The translations under genes and the position numbers were made by a program. DNA of 64,000 nucleotides from positions 1-64,000 of the forward strand of contig JBQTJP010000110.1 of NCBI GenBank assembly GCA_052386995.1, in the 5' to 3' direction. Under the pieces are notes generated by a model. That model was not told where the DNA came from. It saw only the letters and a list, made by a program, of their open reading frames with translations, and searched no databases. This stretch comes from Armatimonadota bacterium (GTDB lineage: Bacteria; Sysuimicrobiota; Sysuimicrobiia; Sysuimicrobiales; Humicultoraceae). How positions within the stretch are numbered: the stretch's first letter is position 1; every line of letters begins with the position of its first letter. This document shows positions 58,506 to 64,000 of the stretch, piece by piece.

Positions 58506-58597
58506 TCTCTTCGGCAGCCCGGCTGTCTTGGAAGTATCGTCCAAGACCCGTAGCTTTGCGTCCCCGAATCACTTCGGGTTTGCCCTTGTCGGAGAGT
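58506..58597 (-). ncRNA. Cyclic di-GMP-I (GEMM) riboswitch
   Basis: Minus strand GACAAGGGCAAACCCGAA-GTGA-TTCGGGGACGCAAAGCTACGGGTCTTGGA-N7-TCCAAGACAGCCGGGCTGCCGAAG matches the GGGCAAACC...GNRA...GGGACGCAAAGC...TGCC consensus; about 60 nt upstream of the G8 gene. Confidence 0.93.
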
Positions 58598-58668
58598 TCC
58601 GGTGAATGGGATCTCTGAAGTTCCCCATACCCGACTCCCAAAATCCTTAGACCTCTGGAAACCCATCC

Positions 58669-59460
58669 TCAATCAACCCCTCTTTCGTGCACGACACAAA
58701 TCCGCGCGGGGCCCAGTCTATTCAGAAGAAGATGAATGCGGTGATCCCTAAAGTACTCGTCTGCCGCCCGCCTCGCCCCTTGCCAGTACCCGTAGTCGTC
58801 GATGATGAGAACGCCGCCGCGGCTGATTCTCGGGAACAAGTGCTGGAGTTCGTGCTTCGTTGATGCATACCAGTCGGTGTCCAGCCGGAGCAACGCAATC
58901 GAGTCCGGGGCTTGTCGTGGAATCGTCTCCTCGACAAGACCCGCGACGCAGTGAATTCTGGCCTCGTCATACCCTGTCGATCGCATGACGCTGCGCACTT
59001 TGTCGATCGAGACCGCAGCCCAGGTCGCCTCTTCATCGGCGGGGTCCGACTCTGCCAGGACCTGGCCGGCCGTTGCCCCGTCCCACCTTAAGTCGTGGGG
59101 GCTCGGGGGCGGCATACCTTCAAAGGTATCAAACAGATACAGATCGCGGCTCGCATCATGCTCCAGAAGCAACGTGTACGCAGCGGCCATCATGCTCCCA
59201 CCGCGCCAGACACCGCATTCAACAATCGCCCCGGGTACGTGTGCACGAGCCACGTATCTCACCGCGTGGCACAGCGCAAAGGCTTGCTCCGGCGTGGACT
59301 TGGTGTAAGGACCAACACGCTCAATTACCTCATTGAACTCCGGGTCGAAGTCCGGAGGAGAGCGATAATATGGAACAACGTCAAGGCCGAACTGACGGGC
59401 AACGAGCCGAACACCCGAGATGACGAAACGAGATATGCGGCCTGTTCCCGTGGCGATCAT
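58669..59460 (-). CDS. TylF/MycF/NovP-family sugar O-methyltransferase
   Basis: GAIVECGVWRGGS, LFDTFEG, LRLDTDWYAST, IIDDYG. Confidence 0.93.
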   Translation of the reverse strand: MIATGTGRISRFVISGVRLVARQFGLDVVPYYRSPPDFDPEFNEVIERVGPYTKSTPEQAFALCHAVRYVARAHVPGAIVECGVWRGGSMMAAAYTLLLEHDASRDLYLFDTFEGMPPPSPHDLRWDGATAGQVLAESDPADEEATWAAVSIDKVRSVMRSTGYDEARIHCVAGLVEETIPRQAPDSIALLRLDTDWYASTKHELQHLFPRISRGGVLIIDDYGYWQGARRAADEYFRDHRIHLLLNRLGPARICVVHERGVD

Positions 59461-59466
59461 CGCGGT

Positions 59467-60561
59467 TTACTGAGGCCTCTCCAGCACCTCCGACCAGGCG
59501 GTGGCGAGGCGTCGGAGGATGTGCCGGGGGTGAATCCCCGAGAGTCCGAGTTGAAACCGGCTGCACGAGTGTGTGACGTTCACGAGTTGACGGGGCAGCG
59601 CGAAGTGTTCGCGCGCCGATGGGGTCCAGCGGCCAAACCCTACGCCAAAAGCCGCCACGAACCCGCGCTCTTTCAGCAACGAGGCCGCTCGGGCATCGTA
59701 GTGGCCGAACGGATAGGCGAACACCTTTTCCACCGTACCTAGTTCACGCTCGAGGTCGGCCTGGGAACCCTTGATTTCCATGACGAGTTCTTCGTCGGTG
59801 AGAGACGGCATCGATGCGTGCGTTCGGCCATGCGAAGCAATGATCACGCCGTCTGCGGCCAGCGCGCGGAGCTCATCCCAGCTCAGAACCGTGGTTCGCG
59901 GCGCCACGCTGACACCCAGGGTGGCACGGAGATCGGCCATGCGGTGTTCAATTGCCTTAGGACTCTTGGTCCACAATTCGTTCCTGAGCTCTTTCAGCGC
60001 CGTCCAACGCCCGCGCGGGGTACGGAGGTCGACGCGTCCCGCGCCATTAAGGGTAACCTCTGCATTCGCCGCGTGCGAGAGCATCTGCCAGAGCTCGTCC
60101 CACCAGAAGAGCTTCGCCCGATCCGGATAGGCGGTGGGGACAAATACAACGGCGGGCACACCGTGGGCCTTGAGCACCGGCCACGCATGCGTTGAGAAAT
60201 CCCGATAGCCGTCGTCGAAGGTCACCAGCGTGGCCCCCGCCGGGAGCGTTCGACCCTCCACCAGAGATGCCCTGAGCTCCTCGGCCCCTATGGGGACGTA
60301 GTGCCGGGCGATCAGGCGGATCTGCTCAGCGAAAGCCTGGGGGGTCGCGCTGATAACGCCGGGATGGCCACCGATGGGGTCACGTGCAGGGTCACTGACC
60401 CTGTGATAACAGAGGACCCGAAGAGACCGGGCCTGCTCGCGCAGGTCGCGCCCCCGCAGCATTCTCAGCAGTCCGGAGTGCCGCAGGACGAGGTCGGCCA
60501 CCTGCTCCACAGCCAGCGCTGTACGTGGGCGGCCGGCGGACTCCATGACCCGTGCGACCAT
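59467..60561 (-). CDS. NodB-type polysaccharide deacetylase 2
   Basis: LCYHRV, VTFDDGY, ASHGRTH, FAYPFG. Confidence 0.92.
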   Translation of the reverse strand: MVARVMESAGRPRTALAVEQVADLVLRHSGLLRMLRGRDLREQARSLRVLCYHRVSDPARDPIGGHPGVISATPQAFAEQIRLIARHYVPIGAEELRASLVEGRTLPAGATLVTFDDGYRDFSTHAWPVLKAHGVPAVVFVPTAYPDRAKLFWWDELWQMLSHAANAEVTLNGAGRVDLRTPRGRWTALKELRNELWTKSPKAIEHRMADLRATLGVSVAPRTTVLSWDELRALAADGVIIASHGRTHASMPSLTDEELVMEIKGSQADLERELGTVEKVFAYPFGHYDARAASLLKERGFVAAFGVGFGRWTPSAREHFALPRQLVNVTHSCSRFQLGLSGIHPRHILRRLATAWSEVLERPQ

Positions 60562-60564
60562 GAC

Positions 60565-61287
60565 TTAGGTCTCCGATCCTTGAGAGTTCGATCCGGCTCG
60601 ATTGACCCAGATGCCCAATCGCTCGCGTGTGCGCCAGACCAGGATACCGGGTCTCATCTGAGCGGACCGCAGGATCAGTGTCTCGAGGAGCGGCCCCGCA
60701 TTGCCACGCGAGCGCGCGACGTATACCCCCAGGCCGCCCAAGAGCTGGAGTGAGAGCAACTCGATCGGGCGCTGGAACTCGACCGTTTCAAAGGCCTTGA
60801 GGGAAGGTCGGTTGCGGTTGCTCACCCGGGCGTAGACCCGCCGCACACCACGTTCTCTGGCATACTTGAGACACGTTCCCATGACCGCCTGAAACACGTG
60901 ACTGCTTCGAAATTCGGGGGCGGTGTACGCATCATAGATGTACGCTTCCTCGTGGTTCAAGCGAATCTTCACCCCGATATCCTCGAGATCCCACGACCCG
61001 AAGCCCAGCCAGCTCCCGTGGATCATCCGCTCCCCTACGCGCGCGACGAAGCAGAGATGGCCGTTGCGAAGACGTTCAAAGAACCTCGCCGTGTCGACAA
61101 AGTCCGGGACCGGCGGAGCCTGGGACTCGCCCAGGGTCGCCGACGAAATGCACCCAATCGCGATCGCGATGCGGGGCGACACCTCCTGGAGCGGCGCGCC
61201 TGGGTCGCGAACGAGGATGGACTCGGACCACTTTCGCCACAGCGAGCGTTTCGCGCCTGCGAGAACCTCACGTGCCTCATCGATCAT
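60565..61287 (-). CDS. GNAT acyltransferase
   Basis: EAYIYDAYTAPEFRSS, NRPSLKAFE. Confidence 0.8.
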   Translation of the reverse strand: MIDEAREVLAGAKRSLWRKWSESILVRDPGAPLQEVSPRIAIAIGCISSATLGESQAPPVPDFVDTARFFERLRNGHLCFVARVGERMIHGSWLGFGSWDLEDIGVKIRLNHEEAYIYDAYTAPEFRSSHVFQAVMGTCLKYARERGVRRVYARVSNRNRPSLKAFETVEFQRPIELLSLQLLGGLGVYVARSRGNAGPLLETLILRSAQMRPGILVWRTRERLGIWVNRAGSNSQGSET

Positions 61288-61341
61288 GGCAGGTGTCGTT
61301 CACGATCTCTTGCCGCCCCGACGTGCCACGGGCCATCGTGG

Positions 61342-62160
61342 TTAGGTTTTGTGCAACAAACCGACATAGTAGACCTTGTCCCACCGGTACACCCCGCGTC
61401 GCGTCGGCTTGGGAATGATCAGCGCGGCCAGCCCTTGCGCGTCCGCGAAGTCCAGAAACGCGTCGTGCTCCTGGACGTCATCCACCATGAGCACCCCTCC
61501 GGGGCGCATGTGCGGCCACAACAGACGCCAGGCGCGCAGCATCCCCTCGTAACTCTTGTCTGAGTCATAGAAGAATACGTCGACCGGGCCAACACGGTTC
61601 AGCACAGCGGGCAGCACCCGCCGGTCTGGACCCAAGAGCAGCTGCCAGCGGCCCGAGGCTCGAAGGCGCTGCGGGATCGCGCCGCCGGTATACGACGTCA
61701 CTCCAGGGCGGAACATCGGAAGGTCCACGCTGCAGAGGGTACCGCGCTCGTTGTCCTCTAACGCCTGCAGAATCGCGGCCGTACTGTACCCGTGGGCGAC
61801 GCCGGTCTCTAGAACGACAGTGGGCTTGAGCAGCCGAACCACGGCATAGCATGCTTCGAGGAACGCAGCGCCTCCCAGTTCGCGGGCCGGGGTGGGAATC
61901 GCGTAGGCCTCCAGCTCGGCAAGGAGCCGCCGCAGCGACGGCGCCTCCATATGACCCTGAATGACGGCCGGAGCCGCTCCTGCGAGCTTCGAGATCCCAT
62001 CCGCCGGCGGACTCGCCAGCGTCGGGTAGGCGTCGACGCGCTTGCGGTGGCGCCTCAGCGTGACTCTCGAAATGGACTTCCACCACACCTCCGGCAGCAG
62101 CGAGGGATCACGCAGCACGCGTTCCAAGACGGCGACTCCCTGCGTCGCAAACCTGCGCAT
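61342..62160 (-). CDS. Class I SAM methyltransferase (Methyltransf_24-like)
   Basis: VLETGVAHGYST, FFYDSDKSY, RPGGVLMVDD. Confidence 0.88.
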   Translation of the reverse strand: MRRFATQGVAVLERVLRDPSLLPEVWWKSISRVTLRRHRKRVDAYPTLASPPADGISKLAGAAPAVIQGHMEAPSLRRLLAELEAYAIPTPARELGGAAFLEACYAVVRLLKPTVVLETGVAHGYSTAAILQALEDNERGTLCSVDLPMFRPGVTSYTGGAIPQRLRASGRWQLLLGPDRRVLPAVLNRVGPVDVFFYDSDKSYEGMLRAWRLLWPHMRPGGVLMVDDVQEHDAFLDFADAQGLAALIIPKPTRRGVYRWDKVYYVGLLHKT

Positions 62161-62184
62161 AGATTCGTTAAGTCGAGCCTGGGG

Positions 62185-63510
62185 TTAGAGTCTTTCGAGC
62201 TGCGGCGTGGGGCGCGGCGGAAGGTAGGCGAGGAGCATAAAGATGAATGGCAGGAGTTGAGGGCGTTGCCGGGCGATGATGGCGAAGTTGGAGATGCCCG
62301 AGAAGAAGAATGCGAACAACAAGATGAAGACGACGGCAAGCATCATGAACGCGTTCCCCGGCGCGGCGGCAACCGCGGCGGCGAGGCTCTTCCACTTCCT
62401 AAAGAACAGCAGAATGAGGAAGATGCCTTCCACCGCCGAGATCATCGCAAACGCGTTGTGGGCTTCCCACGGAAATGGCCGAAAGAACACGGTGCTGAGT
62501 CCGTCGACGAACGCGATTGGATTCGTGGGCACGACGCGATGGATCGCCGCCCCCCCGCGCTCGGTCCTCTCCTGACGGTCCTCGATGTAGCTGAGGACGC
62601 CGTCCGGCGTGAGATCATCGAGCTGGATGTAGCCCGCGGACGTTTGCACGACAAAGATGGCGACGACCGCGAACACCAGCACTACCGCGATGCGCACCAT
62701 GGGCGTCAACAGGCCGGCGCGTGCCGGCCGCCACACCGAGGCGGCCGCGACCGCCACGCCGATAATGCCCGCGACGTGCGGTCGAATCACCATGACGCCA
62801 CCCAGACCGACGCCCATGATCACGAGGCTCGACAGCGCTATGCGTCGCATGAGCCGCGCCGCCCCGTAGGTCCCTAAGCCGAGGCAAAAGCACACGAGGG
62901 CGTCCTTCCCCAGGCTGCTCGTCCACAGCGCCATCGATGGGTACAGCATGATCAAATAGGCAAAAAGCCGGCGGTTGCCATTGGGAACCGCGGTGACAAA
63001 CGCCTTGTAAAAGAACAGCATGCCGAGCAGTCCGAGCCACGCCCAGAACACGAAGGCGCCGATGAGCGTGGGGCCGGTGAAGAGATAGAAGATTCCCGTG
63101 ATGAGCGTGACCATATCCGTGCCGTGATAGTCGGTGATATCCGGCGAGCCCCCGGCCAGGATCGCCGCCGCCGCGCGGCTGCCGCCGCCGTGGTAGCCGA
63201 CCGCGTCCGCAAAGCCGCCGTACTGATCGAAGATGAACCACAGACGAAACACGATCGCGCCGAACTTGAGGAACAGGGCCACGATCAGCAGGCGGAACAG
63301 TAGCGTGCCTATTGGATCGTCTCGACTGGCCAGGTGGAAGATCACGAGCGAGGCCATGACCACGCCGGCAATGATCACGGCGGCCCGCATGCCCTCGATG
63401 TCTTGAATCGCGATGAAGCTGCCGATCACGCCGGCGATGGCCACAAAGACGATCCCGGGGCCCAATCGCTTTCCCACATTCGTTGAGTACGTGGACGTGC
63501 GCACGCTCAT
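62185..63510 (-). CDS. Wzy-like polysaccharide polymerase (multi-pass membrane protein)
   Basis: About 11 hydrophobic segments; ADAVGYH, WTSSLGKD, IRPH, RPFPWE, NFAIIARQR; AGGAGG RBS before ATG 63510. Confidence 0.7.
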   Translation of the reverse strand: MSVRTSTYSTNVGKRLGPGIVFVAIAGVIGSFIAIQDIEGMRAAVIIAGVVMASLVIFHLASRDDPIGTLLFRLLIVALFLKFGAIVFRLWFIFDQYGGFADAVGYHGGGSRAAAAILAGGSPDITDYHGTDMVTLITGIFYLFTGPTLIGAFVFWAWLGLLGMLFFYKAFVTAVPNGNRRLFAYLIMLYPSMALWTSSLGKDALVCFCLGLGTYGAARLMRRIALSSLVIMGVGLGGVMVIRPHVAGIIGVAVAAASVWRPARAGLLTPMVRIAVVLVFAVVAIFVVQTSAGYIQLDDLTPDGVLSYIEDRQERTERGGAAIHRVVPTNPIAFVDGLSTVFFRPFPWEAHNAFAMISAVEGIFLILLFFRKWKSLAAAVAAAPGNAFMMLAVVFILLFAFFFSGISNFAIIARQRPQLLPFIFMLLAYLPPRPTPQLERL

Positions 63511-63557
63511 CGCGCGAATGCCTCCTTGAAAATCCCGGGAGCCCGGGCGCAGGCAGG

Positions 63558-64000
63558 CTACAGCCGAACGATCTTCGCTCGCCCCTCCGCGACCTCGCGG
63601 GTCGCGTTGCGCGTATCCATCACGAGCCGCGCGTTGCGCACGACCCAGCGATAGTCGACGCATGAGTGATCGGCCACGATCATCACGCAATCCGCGCTTC
63701 GGAGCGCGGCCGCCGTCAGCGGCCGGCTCGCAAGCGAGTGCCCATTGACCGACAGCCTCGGCACGTAGGGATCGTGATAGCTGACTTTCACGCCGTGCTG
63801 GATCAGCAGTTGGATGATCTTCAGCGCCGGCGACTCGCGGTAGTCGTCGACATCTTTCTTGAAGGTGACGCCCAGCACGAGCAGGCGCACCGCGCCGGGA
63901 CGATGCCGGTGACCGTTGAGAGCGAGGAGCGTCTTGGTGACGACGTGGTACGGCATCTCCTCATTGACCCGGGCCGCGAGCTCAATGAAGTCCATGTGAA
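63558..64000 (-). CDS. Nucleotide-sugar dehydrogenase (UDP-GlcNAc/UDP-glucose family), C-terminal part
   Basis: FIELAARVNEEMP, LGVTFKKDVDDYRESP, YHDPYVP, MDTRNA; 5' part is off the window. Confidence 0.92.
   Translation of the reverse strand, partial: HMDFIELAARVNEEMPYHVVTKTLLALNGHRHRPGAVRLLVLGVTFKKDVDDYRESPALKIIQLLIQHGVKVSYHDPYVPRLSVNGHSLASRPLTAAALRSADCVMIVADHSCVDYRWVVRNARLVMDTRNATREVAEGRAKIVRL

Noticed and set aside
58644..58672. TTGAGG-N17-TAAGGA as promoter for the riboswitch leader
   Set aside because: Match to consensus is too weak to call without TSS data

Overview
GC-rich bacterial window with three parts. (1) 1-7.6 kb, minus strand: a heat-shock operon hspR-hsp20-dnaK-grpE-dnaJ(CbpA-type)-clpB followed by a fused MFS/spermidine-synthase-like gene, with a sigma70-like promoter overlapped by a HAIR-like palindrome. 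(2) 7.6-13.4 kb: a decayed tyrosine recombinase, a methyltransferase fragment, a NarL/HisKA_3 two-component pair and two secreted hypothetical proteins. (3) 13.4-64 kb: about 45 co-directional, often translationally coupled minus-strand genes forming a very large Wzx/Wzy-type surface-glycan locus (PglF/PglE/PglC-like genes, five GT4, GT2, GT-C, two flippases, a Wzy-like protein, two deacetylases, four GNATs and several methyltransferases). The best candidate for an undescribed system lies inside this locus: a complete PltF/PltL/PltE/PltA-like cassette (proline adenylation enzyme, carrier protein, prolyl-carrier dehydrogenase, flavin halogenase) next to a Cys/Arg alpha/beta-hydrolase pair, with no PKS or NRPS elongation module in the window. 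This suggests the cell acylates a surface glycan with a (halo)pyrrole-2-carboxylate group. Also notable: a seven-gene dioxygenase/thiolase-like/CoA-transferase/MaoC module coupled into the glycan operon, a PRMT-like methyltransferase, two paralogous membrane proteins each near a polyprenyl-phosphate sugar donor synthase, and a c-di-GMP-I riboswitch ahead of a secreted G8-domain protein. All family calls come from motif recognition by eye; no database searches were run.
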